Origin: Candidatus Dojkabacteria bacterium
GTDB lineage: Bacteria > Patescibacteriota > Dojkabacteria > SC72 > JAFGCJ01
Direction: 5' to 3'
NCBI GenBank assembly: GCA_016932785.1
Contig: JAFGCJ010000002.1
Coordinates: 529,777 to 593,776, forward strand
Length of the DNA stretch: 64,000 nucleotides
In this document: positions 54,899 through 64,000 of the stretch, piece by piece
Position numbering within the stretch: position 1 is the first letter of the stretch
Layout: each line of letters begins with the position of its first letter
Program-made: the position numbers and the translations under genes
The notes under the pieces: generated by a model
The model's input: the letters and a program-made list of their open reading frames with translations, nothing else
The model's database searches: none
Told to the model about the DNA's origin: nothing

Positions 54899-56065
54899 AT
54901 GAAAATTAAGACCTTAAAAATTACAAACTTCAGACAGTTCCCCAATAAAGATCTGGAATTTAATAAGAACTGGATTATACTCGAGGCTCCCAATGCCCGA
55001 GGCAAAAGTACAATCGTAGAAGCCATCTTTATGCTTGCTTCAGGAAACTCTCCTTGGACCAATGGTAATTTATCCCTGATACACATTCCAGACAGGAATA
55101 AAACTGAAGATGAAGACCCGAAAACAAAAGTTAATGACGGTTTCTTCCGGCTCGAAGCCTCAATAGAATCAAAAGACGACTTCAAAACAATATCCACATA
55201 CGTAGAAAATCAGAATCAATCAACCACCAAGCAATTCAAGATAGAAGGGACAAACACAAATAAGGCCAAATTCACTGACATACTACACTGCATCCTTTTC
55301 AGTCCCGATATGATTGATTTTCTCATGTTTGAGCCCAAACAAAGGAGAGACTTCATCGACTCCCATCTTTCACATGTCAATCCGGATTACTCAAACATTC
55401 TCAGCAACTATAATAAAGTCTTAAGACAGAGAAATAGTTTCCTCAAGGCAATGTTCTCAAAAAACGGTAGGAATGGATCGGCAAACGGCTCAGGAAAGAT
55501 AGACGAAACAGGACTCAGATACTGGACAGAGCAGCTCGTAAATCTCGGAACCCAGGTGATAATGGCCAGAATAGAATTTCTGGACAAGTTAAATGACACA
55601 AAATCCTCCCTCTACCAATCCAAAATAGTATATGTACCCAAAGTGAAACTTGATTCACTTGAGGAACTGGCGGACAGCACTCATATACGAAACCTATTTC
55701 AAAACCAACTAACCCTTTCACAAAGGAAAGAGAGGATTATTGGAAATACAATAGTAGGACCACACCGTGACGATTGGTACCTAACTGATGAGAAAGGGCA
55801 AAACCTGAATGTATTCGGGTCCAGAGGAGAAAAAAGAATGGCCATAGCTGATATTATATTCAAAATAAATCACTTTATGATTGAAAATATTGGCGAGCCG
55901 CCGGTAATACTTCTCGATGATATTTCATCAGAACTCGATGAAAATAATATTGAAATACTTTTTAACAAGAAAATAAGTAAAGATCAGCAAACGATTATTA
56001 CAACAACAAATATTGAAACCATACCCAAAGAAGCAAGAAAATTATCTCAGATCATAGCTTTGTAA
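54899..56065 (+). CDS. recF: DNA replication and repair protein RecF
   Basis: LKITNFRQF, Walker A APNARGKST, signature-like GSRGEKRMAIADI and Walker B ILLDDISSELD. Confidence 0.88.
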   Translation: MKIKTLKITNFRQFPNKDLEFNKNWIILEAPNARGKSTIVEAIFMLASGNSPWTNGNLSLIHIPDRNKTEDEDPKTKVNDGFFRLEASIESKDDFKTISTYVENQNQSTTKQFKIEGTNTNKAKFTDILHCILFSPDMIDFLMFEPKQRRDFIDSHLSHVNPDYSNILSNYNKVLRQRNSFLKAMFSKNGRNGSANGSGKIDETGLRYWTEQLVNLGTQVIMARIEFLDKLNDTKSSLYQSKIVYVPKVKLDSLEELADSTHIRNLFQNQLTLSQRKERIIGNTIVGPHRDDWYLTDEKGQNLNVFGSRGEKRMAIADIIFKINHFMIENIGEPPVILLDDISSELDENNIEILFNKKISKDQQTIITTTNIETIPKEARKLSQIIAL

Positions 56066-56881
56066 TTTTTCATCAAGCTTATTCTTCCTGATCTCAAACC
56101 AACTTGACCGAGGGAAAAACTGCACCTCATTTCTCGATATAACCGCCTCTTTATATGGATGCTTCCTTACAATCATGTATGCCTTTTGTCCCCACATAAG
56201 TACTCTATCTAAAATATCCAAAAAAGGCGAAAACACTGTTCTTTTATCTCCCAGACCAACAACTGAAACCGCATCATCAGAGAGACCCGGAAAAATCGAA
56301 GTGATGCTATCGGTTAAACCAAGAATTCCACCATACAGAGATTTCCCATAGAGAGGCTTCATCATAGCCACCTCTAGTGCAACGTAAAAATCAGCGTCGG
56401 AAAGAGTCTTCTTCAAATTTTCAAACGAAGTATAGTACACGAAACACATTTTATTATTCACATCTTTATCACTGTATCTTCTTCTCACTCCAAGCAGTCT
56501 GAATATTATCTGCTCCATCAACCTAACAAGCCACAGTCTATTCCTTTGCACAATAACAAAGACGTCAATATCATCATTTTCTTCTGCCGTCATAAAGGAG
56601 ACTGAGCCACAAACCGCTGCAAATTTTACCCACGGTATAAACCTAAAATATTTGAAGTACTTTTCAGCAATCTGAAGCTTCCATTCCGAATTCTTCTTCC
56701 TTTTCTTCACTTCGTCTGGAGATATCCTTCCAACAAAGCCATCATAACGACAAAATTCCGAATTTTTGTCGCAAAATTCTTCTATGGAATCTTCTCCGAA
56801 CAACCTACTCAATACATCCCTTGAAACTGAGCAGTCGTACATCTCCTCAAGAAGTAGAAATTTGAGCAAGTAATTTTCCAA
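56042..56881 (-). CDS. Pol-beta-superfamily nucleotidyltransferase-domain protein
   Basis: CGSVSFMTAEENDDIDVFVIV gives the G-S...D-x-D motif. The 3' end overlaps the recF 3' end by 24 nt. The start is TTG 56881 or ATG 56842. Confidence 0.6.
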   Translation of the reverse strand: MENYLLKFLLLEEMYDCSVSRDVLSRLFGEDSIEEFCDKNSEFCRYDGFVGRISPDEVKKRKKNSEWKLQIAEKYFKYFRFIPWVKFAAVCGSVSFMTAEENDDIDVFVIVQRNRLWLVRLMEQIIFRLLGVRRRYSDKDVNNKMCFVYYTSFENLKKTLSDADFYVALEVAMMKPLYGKSLYGGILGLTDSITSIFPGLSDDAVSVVGLGDKRTVFSPFLDILDRVLMWGQKAYMIVRKHPYKEAVISRNEVQFFPRSSWFEIRKNKLDEKLQSYDLR

Positions 56882-56942
56882 ACCTGGCCCAATCTGATAA
56901 ACTTATCTCAGATTCAATTATATCATCAGACGAAGCAGGGAA

Positions 56943-58121
56943 ATGAAACAACACGCAGTCCCACAAGAAATTATGAGCGTTGAGTTTAAACTTTTCGGCA
57001 ACTTTCTCTCACTGCGTGAATTTATCTTCATCGCGGTTGGTCTTGCTATCGCTTATTTCATTTTCTTTCTGATGAATCAAGGGATCATACCCGGACTAAT
57101 AGCATGGCCCATGATAATACTTATCGGTGGAGGTGGAATTATTGTCGGACTGGTACCCTTCCAGGATAGAACCCTTGATAAATGGATCCTTAATTACTTC
57201 AATGCAATAAACAAACCCACCCAAAGAGTGTGGAAAAAACACGGTATTTCACCGTTTCAATCACAGACTCAGACCAGTACTCCAATTGTACGAAAAGATC
57301 ATGTTGTGAGTCCTCCGGCCCAGATCGGCTTAAAGAAAATAGAGGAACCCAAAATGACCGAACAAGAAAAGGAAACTATTACAAACTTGGACCAGGAAGA
57401 ACAACAGAAATTGCATTCTATCAAGCAAACAATAAACTCGCTAGAGAACAAAGCTCCTACGGGTACAACACCAGCTAATCAGCAAAACAATCCTCCTGTT
57501 CAATCATCACCTTCAACAACGGCAGCTGAACCACAAACCACACCAGACGGCACGGATCAGAATCCGGATATAGAGCTAAAAAAAGAACAAACTCAAGAAC
57601 AATCCCTCTCTGACCAAACCGAACAACCTACTTCACAACCTCAGTCTGAATCACAACAGGCACAGCAACCAACAACCGAGCCCGAAATCGCAGCCCAGAA
57701 TAGTAACCCGGAGACAAAAGCAACAGCTCAAACCCCAACGCAGACTGTACAGCCTCAAGCGGAGAAACCAAAATCTCAGTCACAATCCAGAGAAAGTAAG
57801 CTCACTATCACTGACGAAAACGTGAGTGAATTTGCCTCCAACGATATTACCGGGGTAGATCAAAAACCAAATACCATAAATATAGTTTTGAAAGATCAAG
57901 CAAACCAATACATCCCACAAGTTACGTGCATCATTAAAAACAGAGATGGAAACCCGGTAAGAGCTGCTGTTTCAAACCAGCTAGGACAAATAATAAATAA
58001 CATTCCACTTGAGAATGGAACATATAAAATCGAACTCTCGAAGGCTGGCTATGTCTTCCCCGAGATACTGAGAATTCTTACGGGAAAGGTATATCCGTCG
58101 ATAGAAATTAAGTCACTATAG
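56943..58121 (+). CDS. PrgI-family T4SS membrane protein fused to Gln/Pro/Thr-rich linker and CarboxypepD_reg-like beta-sandwich
   Basis: The N-terminus VPQEIMSVEFKLFGNFLSLREFIFIAVGLAIAYFIFFL plus a second TM helix is PrgI-like. The C-terminus CIIKNRDGNPVRAAVSNQLGQIINNIPLENGTYKIELSKAGY is carboxypeptidase-regulatory-like. Confidence 0.65.
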   Translation: MKQHAVPQEIMSVEFKLFGNFLSLREFIFIAVGLAIAYFIFFLMNQGIIPGLIAWPMIILIGGGGIIVGLVPFQDRTLDKWILNYFNAINKPTQRVWKKHGISPFQSQTQTSTPIVRKDHVVSPPAQIGLKKIEEPKMTEQEKETITNLDQEEQQKLHSIKQTINSLENKAPTGTTPANQQNNPPVQSSPSTTAAEPQTTPDGTDQNPDIELKKEQTQEQSLSDQTEQPTSQPQSESQQAQQPTTEPEIAAQNSNPETKATAQTPTQTVQPQAEKPKSQSQSRESKLTITDENVSEFASNDITGVDQKPNTINIVLKDQANQYIPQVTCIIKNRDGNPVRAAVSNQLGQIINNIPLENGTYKIELSKAGYVFPEILRILTGKVYPSIEIKSL

Positions 58122-58130
58122 AAACTGCCG

Positions 58131-58829
58131 ATGCCAAAACTAGAAAACCTACCACCTACACAAGAACATATAAACATAGAAAAAATTTCTGATAATCTTA
58201 TTGTCCAGAAGAATGGACTGATTTCACTTGTGCTTCAGACAACTTCAGTCAACTTCGATCTTCTTTCTGAACCAGAGCAGGATGCTAAAATTCAAGCCTT
58301 TGCACAGTTACTCAACTCCCTCACGCATTCAGTCCAGATACTTATCCGCACAAAGAAAGTTAACATTAGAAGTTATATAGACTACATCAAAGACTTTCAA
58401 AACAAACAGCTAAGTCCCGGTCTCAAGAGACAAATCGCTATCTATCTTAACTTTGTACAGAATCTGATAATCAAAAATGAGATACTTGATAAGGCTTTTT
58501 ATATTGTTGTTCCCTTTCGAGCATCCGTTGTGACCAAAACCAACCCCATGAAACAATTCCTCGGCAAAAAAGAGAAAATAACAAATCTAGACAGAATTAT
58601 GGATCAAGCCAAGGCATATTTATATCCTAAACGGGATCACATCATGAAACAACTTGTACGAATGGGACTAAGCTCACACCAACTTACAACAAAGGAGCTC
58701 ATGGAACTATTCTTTGAAATATATAATCCCGCCGCGCCGATATCACCTGAACAACAGACCTCAATTTTAGAACAACAATCTCAGATAGCTACACAATACT
58801 CTCAAAATCAACAAAATGACAGCAAGTAA
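58131..58829 (+). CDS. T4SS-associated protein resembling a stand-alone VirB4/TraC N-terminal domain (tentative)
   Basis: 232 aa. IEKISDNLIVQKNGLISLVLQTTSVNFDLLSEPEQDAKIQAFAQLLNSL recalls the N-terminal region of Gram-positive VirB4 homologues. It overlaps the VirB4 gene by 14 nt. Confidence 0.45.
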   Translation: MPKLENLPPTQEHINIEKISDNLIVQKNGLISLVLQTTSVNFDLLSEPEQDAKIQAFAQLLNSLTHSVQILIRTKKVNIRSYIDYIKDFQNKQLSPGLKRQIAIYLNFVQNLIIKNEILDKAFYIVVPFRASVVTKTNPMKQFLGKKEKITNLDRIMDQAKAYLYPKRDHIMKQLVRMGLSSHQLTTKELMELFFEIYNPAAPISPEQQTSILEQQSQIATQYSQNQQNDSK

Positions 58830-61188
58830 TAACCCACAGCAAAATACCACACCTCAGAGCAGTCAAAACCCTGAACCACAAATTACATCCCCCAATTCGG
58901 AGGGTCACGCAACACCGGCACATTTTACCTTTCCTCAACAGAATCCTGAAACGGACATGCTACCGTCAGCAGGACAACCAATGAGCCAAAATCAAGAATC
59001 CCAGCAGAGTCTTCAGCCCCAACAGGCAGCTCCCAAGAAAAAGTTAAGCCTTGCAGACGCACTGTTTGGGGGATTCAAGCTTCTTGGTAAAAAGAAACCA
59101 GCTAAAACCCCTCAACAGAGAACTCAGATTTCCTCCACGGGAAAGCAAATTAATCAACCACAACAGACATCTCAACAACCCAAAACACAAAAGTCAACCG
59201 GGTTGCTGGGCGGACTCCTCGGCGGGTTCAAGCTTTTTGGAAAGAAATCACCATCAAGCCAAACCCCACCAGCTTCACAGACTACCCAAACTGGTATAAC
59301 AGGACAACCGGAGACACCAGACATGACATTTCAAGATATCATTGCTCCTCCCTCACTCGAGGTAGATTTTAATAATATCCAAATTGGAACCCGATACTAC
59401 CTTGTTCTGTTTGCATCAGGATATCCAAGATTCGTTGGTCCTAACTGGCTTTCTCCCTTAATCAACTTCGAGCACTCTCTCATGATCAGTACTTTTTACT
59501 ATCCTGTAGATTCAAAAGATATTCTGCAGAAGCTTAAGAGGAAAATCAGTGAGATGGAAGCATCAGTATATGGAGATGTTGAAAAAGGCAAAGTTCTCGA
59601 TCCGAGCCTAAAGATTGCACTCAGTGACGCACAGCAGCTTCAGGAATCGATTGCGGCCGGAACCGAGAAGTTTTTCCATTTTTCGATGTATATAACCATC
59701 AATGCCGAAAGTAAAAAACAACTCGACAGAATAGCCAAAAATGTCATTTCTACACTGGCGGCTATTAATGTTGTAGCAAAACCTGCAACACTTCAAATGG
59801 AACAAGCTTTTTATAGTACTCTACCGACAGCAGACGACCAGCTTTACATTACAAGAAACATGGACACCACGTCCCTTGCCACCACATTCCCGTTTGTTAC
59901 CTCAGAGCTAACTATGGATCACGGAGTAATGTTTGGTCTCAACCTCCACAATAGAAGCCTTATTATCTTCGATAGATTCGAAATGGAGAATGCAAACTCA
60001 GTGATCTTTGCTAAATCTGGGGCAGGAAAGAGCTACCTGGTGAAACTTGAGGCTTTGCGCAGCTTAATGCTTGGTACGGAAGTCATCATAATTGATCCGG
60101 AAAAAGAATTCGAACGTTTGTGCGAAGCGGTAAATGGTGCATACATAACGTTTTCACAGGACAAAGGAAGCAAAGTCAATCCCTTTGAACTGTCCGGTCT
60201 TGCTAATTCAGAAGAAGATGAACTAAGAATGAAAATTCTCTCACTACACGGTTTCTTTAAGGTCATATTTGGAGGCCTCACCAACATTGAAAGTTCAATC
60301 CTTGATCGAGCCTTGATCTTAACTTACAGAGAAAAGGGAATTACAACTGATCCTGACACACAGAAAAACGCTGATTTTCCACTGCTCGAGGATTTATACA
60401 AAATACTTCAGGGAATGGCTGAACTCGAAGGAAGAGAATTAGCCAAGCGCCTCGAAAAATACATAATAGGAAGTGCCGCAGGAGTATTCAACGAGAAGAG
60501 TAATGTAGAAATAACGAACCCTTTTACAGTCTTCAGCCTACGAGATCTTCAGGAGGAGCTACGACCAATGGCAATGTACCTCATGCTCGACTACATCTGG
60601 ACCAAAATTAAAAAAGATCAGAAAAAACGCCTACTGCTTGTCGATGAGGCATGGCTGATGATGCAAAATGAGGACTCGGCAAAGTTTATTTATTCCATAG
60701 CAAAGAGGGCCCGTAAGTACTATCTTGGTCTCACAACAATAACTCAGGATGTAGAAGACTTTCTATCCAGTGACTATGGAAAAGCAATAGTTACTAACTC
60801 CTCTATACAAATCTTACTGAAGCAAAGTACAGCCGCAATCGAGCGAATCCAAAAGGTATTCAATCTTTCAGACGGCGAAAAGAACTTCCTTCTTTCGTGT
60901 GGAATAGGTGAAGGTCTGTTCTTTGCGGGAGCGAACCATGTTGCCATCAAAGTCATTTCAAGCATTGGCGAACACCTACTTATCACCTCTAACCCAAGAG
61001 AAGTCGAGATGATGAAGAAAGCCGGAATAAGCATTGACGAGAAGGAAATAACTGAGCTTTCATCGGTTTTCGATCCACTAGCTACTCAAAAGGATCTTAA
61101 TACAAGAATTCAGCAAGTAACCACTACACAGGAAAATGCTGTCCCTTCAAAACCTACGGCCGAAAATAATAACATTGGCATTCAGTAA
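58816..61188 (+). CDS. VirB4-family type IV secretion ATPase with 170-aa Gln/Pro-rich N-terminal extension
   Basis: Walker A FAKSGAGKSYLVK and Walker B LLLVDEAWLMM, with TTITQDVEDF downstream. The N-terminal extension carries the duplicated motif GGFKL(L/F)GKK. Confidence 0.85.
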   Translation: MTASNNPQQNTTPQSSQNPEPQITSPNSEGHATPAHFTFPQQNPETDMLPSAGQPMSQNQESQQSLQPQQAAPKKKLSLADALFGGFKLLGKKKPAKTPQQRTQISSTGKQINQPQQTSQQPKTQKSTGLLGGLLGGFKLFGKKSPSSQTPPASQTTQTGITGQPETPDMTFQDIIAPPSLEVDFNNIQIGTRYYLVLFASGYPRFVGPNWLSPLINFEHSLMISTFYYPVDSKDILQKLKRKISEMEASVYGDVEKGKVLDPSLKIALSDAQQLQESIAAGTEKFFHFSMYITINAESKKQLDRIAKNVISTLAAINVVAKPATLQMEQAFYSTLPTADDQLYITRNMDTTSLATTFPFVTSELTMDHGVMFGLNLHNRSLIIFDRFEMENANSVIFAKSGAGKSYLVKLEALRSLMLGTEVIIIDPEKEFERLCEAVNGAYITFSQDKGSKVNPFELSGLANSEEDELRMKILSLHGFFKVIFGGLTNIESSILDRALILTYREKGITTDPDTQKNADFPLLEDLYKILQGMAELEGRELAKRLEKYIIGSAAGVFNEKSNVEITNPFTVFSLRDLQEELRPMAMYLMLDYIWTKIKKDQKKRLLLVDEAWLMMQNEDSAKFIYSIAKRARKYYLGLTTITQDVEDFLSSDYGKAIVTNSSIQILLKQSTAAIERIQKVFNLSDGEKNFLLSCGIGEGLFFAGANHVAIKVISSIGEHLLITSNPREVEMMKKAGISIDEKEITELSSVFDPLATQKDLNTRIQQVTTTQENAVPSKPTAENNNIGIQ

Positions 61189-61190
61189 TA

Positions 61191-61394
61191 ATGACAAGTT
61201 CCAATATTCCACAAAAAGTAGATCCCAACAGCATATCTGAAGATCAAAAAAAGAAAGATCTTGAGGTTCTCCTTTCCGGAAAGGAACAAAGCGATATAAG
61301 AAAAAAAATTCAGAGAGATCAGGCATTTGGATCTGATACTCCTAAACCCCAGAAAGGATTAAACGAAATCAAGAACCCCTTCCGAGATGAATAA
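61191..61394 (+). CDS. 67-aa hydrophilic protein, last gene of the T4SS-like module
   Basis: It starts 2 nt after the VirB4 stop. It is Lys/Asp/Gln-rich with no TM helix. Confidence 0.4.
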   Translation: MTSSNIPQKVDPNSISEDQKKKDLEVLLSGKEQSDIRKKIQRDQAFGSDTPKPQKGLNEIKNPFRDE

Positions 61395-61438
61395 TCATAC
61401 CTATATTTTCATAGAATCAAAGAAGAAACGGTACTACC

Positions 61439-63358
61439 CTATTTAACTACTTCCCCCTCCTGGACATCGTCACCTTTTTTGCTTTGTTTTTTTTCATCAG
61501 AGGAGTCTGATTTCTTGTCCTTCTTCTCTTCTTTATCAACCTCTTTTGCTGCTTTCTCGTACAGTTTTTTCCCAATCTCCTGTAACTTTCCTTGAAGACC
61601 CTTCGTCATATCCTTAACTATTGATTCATCGAAGTCCTCTTTAGATATCTCCTTTCGCACTTTCTCAGAAAGCTCTTCTATTTCTTTCTTTTCCGAATCA
61701 CTCACCTTGTCTTTTGCGTCATCAAGAAGCTTCTTAGCACTAAAACAGAGGGTATCTGCTTCATTTCTAACCTCGGCTCTCTGACGCTTCTTCTTGTCAT
61801 CGGAGGCATGTTTTGCCGCCTCTTCAACCATCTTCTCCACCTCTTCCTCCTCAAGACTTGTTGATGCTGTTATCGTTATGTCCTGCTTCTTGCCTGTAGC
61901 TTTATCGTGAGCCTCGACCTTCAATATTCCGTTTGCATCGATACTAAAGGTGACTTCGATCTGCGGAATTCCTCGAGGTGCGGGAGGTATCCCATCCAGG
62001 ATAAATTTCCCGAGTGTCTTATTATCTGCTGCCATTTCACGCTCACCCTGAAGAACATGGACTTCGACAGCAGGCTGATTGTCTGCCGCAGTTGAAAAGA
62101 TCTGTTTTTTCTCAACTGGTATCGTTGTATTTCTTTCAATGAGTTTTGTCATAACACCACCAAGTGTCTCCAAACCCAGAGATAAAGGTGTTACATCAAG
62201 CAAAGTGATGTCGTGAACTTCACCTCCCAAGACACCAGCTTGAATTGCAGCCCCGACGGAAACAACCTCATCTGGATTTACTGTCTTATTAGGCTCTTTT
62301 CCAAAGATTTCTTTTGCCTTGCGCTGAACAAGAGGCATTCTTGTCATTCCACCAACCATAAGAATTTCATCTACATCTTTGGTCTCGAGCTTGGCGTCTT
62401 TCAAAGCCTTCTCACAAGGCCCTACGGTCTTTTCGACAAGATCCATAACAAGCTTCTCATACTCCGACCTGGTAATCTCTCGGTTAAGATGCTTAGCTCC
62501 TTTATCGTCAGCTGTAATAAAAGGAATATTTATTGTGGTGCTTTCAGATGTAGACAGCTCTATCTTTGCCTTTTCAGAAGCCTCCTTAAGACGCTGCAGA
62601 GCTGTGCGGTCTTCCCTTAAATCTATCCCTTCTTTATTCTTAAATTCATCTGCGAGAAAATCTATAAGCTTCTGATCAAAGTTATCACCACCTAGATGTG
62701 TGTCTCCATTCGTTGAAAGAACCTCAAAAACACCATCACCTATTTCAAGAATCGAAATGTCGAATGTTCCTCCGCCTAGATCAAAAACAGCAATCTTTTC
62801 GTCCTTTTTCTTATCCATTCCATATGCCAAAGCCGCAGCTGTAGGCTCATTGATAATCCTTTTAACAACAAATCCAGCAATTTTCCCCGCGTCCTTAGTG
62901 GCCTGCCTCTGAGAATCATCAAAATAGGCTGGAACTGTAATTACAGCTTCAGTAACTTTCTCGCCAAGATATTCCTCTGCGTCTGACTTCATTTTCTGAA
63001 GAACCTTTGCCGACACCTCCTGGGGGGTGAGCCAGTCATTCCCAAATTTAATTTCAACCCCACCTTTCTTGCCTTCTCTCATTTCGAAAGGGAGAAAGTC
63101 TTTGTCGATTTTTACCTCTTCATCTTCCCATCTACGTCCTATTAACCTTTTAACGGAATATATGGTATTTTCAGGGTTTGTAACTGCCTGGTTTTTTGCA
63201 GGTGTTCCGACTATTAATTCCCCGTCTTCTCCCAGGGCCACTACCGAAGGAGTAAGTCTTCCCCCCTGAGCATTCGGAATCACAGTTGGATTTCCTCCCT
63301 GCATGACAGACATTACTGAGTTTGTAGTACCCAAATCTATTCCTAGTATTTTACTCAT
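61439..63358 (-). CDS. dnaK: chaperone DnaK (Hsp70)
   Basis: [17 protein letters not shown] and the full SBD, with a Lys/Glu-rich C-terminal tail. Confidence 0.97.
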   Translation of the reverse strand: MSKILGIDLGTTNSVMSVMQGGNPTVIPNAQGGRLTPSVVALGEDGELIVGTPAKNQAVTNPENTIYSVKRLIGRRWEDEEVKIDKDFLPFEMREGKKGGVEIKFGNDWLTPQEVSAKVLQKMKSDAEEYLGEKVTEAVITVPAYFDDSQRQATKDAGKIAGFVVKRIINEPTAAALAYGMDKKKDEKIAVFDLGGGTFDISILEIGDGVFEVLSTNGDTHLGGDNFDQKLIDFLADEFKNKEGIDLREDRTALQRLKEASEKAKIELSTSESTTINIPFITADDKGAKHLNREITRSEYEKLVMDLVEKTVGPCEKALKDAKLETKDVDEILMVGGMTRMPLVQRKAKEIFGKEPNKTVNPDEVVSVGAAIQAGVLGGEVHDITLLDVTPLSLGLETLGGVMTKLIERNTTIPVEKKQIFSTAADNQPAVEVHVLQGEREMAADNKTLGKFILDGIPPAPRGIPQIEVTFSIDANGILKVEAHDKATGKKQDITITASTSLEEEEVEKMVEEAAKHASDDKKKRQRAEVRNEADTLCFSAKKLLDDAKDKVSDSEKKEIEELSEKVRKEISKEDFDESIVKDMTKGLQGKLQEIGKKLYEKAAKEVDKEEKKDKKSDSSDEKKQSKKGDDVQEGEVVK

Positions 63359-63435
63359 TTTTGGTTATTATTAATTTTATTTGTTAGTAAAGCGAGTGAA
63401 GAAACACTCAAGAATATTTCTTCGAATCAACTGAT

Positions 63436-63981
63436 CTAAGAGGGGGCAGGCTGCCCCTTATTTACAAGAACTCTTGCTGGCCGGACGACCATGTCTCCAA
63501 GCTTGTACCCATTTTGTACAACCTTCGCGATATGCCCATCCTTTCCTTCACACACAATACCTACAGCCTCATGCAGATCCGCATTAAATTTATCACCCTC
63601 TTTTGCATCAATGATTTCACCACCCATCTCAGAAATGATAAGCCTGAACTTGCTGAGAATCTGAGTTATTCCCTCACGCCAGCCCTTCTCATCTTCAACA
63701 TGATCAACGGCGACATCTATGTCATCGGCAAGGTCGATTATTTTCCTCAACAGGTCCGACCGAATTACCTTTTCCTCAAAATCCAGTCTTTTTTCCATGT
63801 CTTTTCTCAGATTTTGGTAGTCTGAAAGAGCCTTCTTCAAACTATTTTCAAGTTCCTGGATCTTTTCTTCATTTCGTTCGGCATTCTTACCTTGGTTTGA
63901 CTTGGAGCCCTGTTTCCCAGAAGAAACATCTCCATTTCCCACTCCAACATCTACTTTAGGTTTATTTTTACTTACTACCAT
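63436..63981 (-). CDS. grpE: nucleotide exchange factor GrpE
   Basis: Coiled-coil KIQELENSLKKALSDYQNLRKDMEKR and C-terminal FNADLHEAV...GYKLGDMVVRPARV. Confidence 0.9.
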   Translation of the reverse strand: MVVSKNKPKVDVGVGNGDVSSGKQGSKSNQGKNAERNEEKIQELENSLKKALSDYQNLRKDMEKRLDFEEKVIRSDLLRKIIDLADDIDVAVDHVEDEKGWREGITQILSKFRLIISEMGGEIIDAKEGDKFNADLHEAVGIVCEGKDGHIAKVVQNGYKLGDMVVRPARVLVNKGQPAPS

Positions 63982-64000
63982 AGGTGAAAATCTAATAAAT

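Noticed and set aside
57480-57800. Apparent nucleotide repetitiveness in the Q/P/T-rich linker of the PrgI-like gene (similarly at 33540-34349 and 58816-59325)
   Set aside because: This is compositional low complexity from biased codons (CAA/CCA/ACA). I could not find true tandem DNA repeat units.
63394-63409. gagtg-aagaaa-cactc hairpin in the grpE-dnaK spacer
   Set aside because: It contains CIRCE-like pentamers but in the wrong arrangement and spacing. It is a 5-bp stem only, probably a minor processing or attenuation hairpin or chance.
1-64000. Search for CRISPR arrays, transposases, integrases, reverse transcriptase (DGR/retron), toxin-antitoxin pairs and phage structural genes
   Set aside because: I saw no regularly spaced direct repeats and none of the corresponding protein motifs (DDE, tyrosine-recombinase RHRY, YxDD). 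The atypical orphan genes therefore do not sit on an obvious mobile element. A DGR explanation for the paralogue family lacks an RT and TR/VR repeats.

Overview
This is an AT-rich, gene-dense chromosomal segment with about 60 CDS and two tRNA-Ser genes. I found no rRNA, CRISPR array, transposase, integrase or reverse transcriptase. The gene content suggests a small-genome Patescibacteria/CPR-type bacterium, which is an inference: short IF-2, a 594-aa AlaRS without a C-Ala domain, a PrgI/VirB4 module, a sortase with very large surface proteins, LCP and MltG, and almost no metabolic genes. The recognisable backbone has three parts. (1) A 9-kb minus-strand block of nusA, ylxR, infB, a DHH-like gene, rpsO, pnp, a Lon-type AAA+ gene and a family-4 UDG (17.5-26.9 kb), plus RNase J, dnaJ, dnaK-grpE, lepA, recF, rpsT, alaS-ruvX-mltG-LCP-holA, desulfoferrodoxin and an M20 peptidase. 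(2) Envelope genes: sortase, an orphan solute-binding protein, surface proteins of 917, 734 and 256 aa, an O-antigen-ligase/TPR protein and a QxxRW glycosyltransferase. (3) A minimal type-IV-secretion-like module (56.9-61.4 kb). The most unusual content is a family of Arg/Gly/Val/Cys/Trp-rich, Lys-poor orphan proteins that share a roughly 110-aa module I cannot assign to any family. Four copies sit in tandem at 45.5-48.1 kb, co-oriented with two envelope proteins. A fifth, long-form copy lies at 53.6-54.8 kb. Two further compositionally similar orphans lie at 50.0-50.9 kb and 28.7-29.4 kb. Next to them, an 0.85-kb non-coding gap upstream of lepA (50.9-51.8 kb) is packed with long hairpins, including two paralogous 12-bp stems with compensatory substitutions and two copies of the anti-Shine-Dalgarno-like 9-mer CCTCCTTTC. 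This gap is a candidate large structured RNA. All functional calls rest on motifs read by eye from the translations. No database search was possible.
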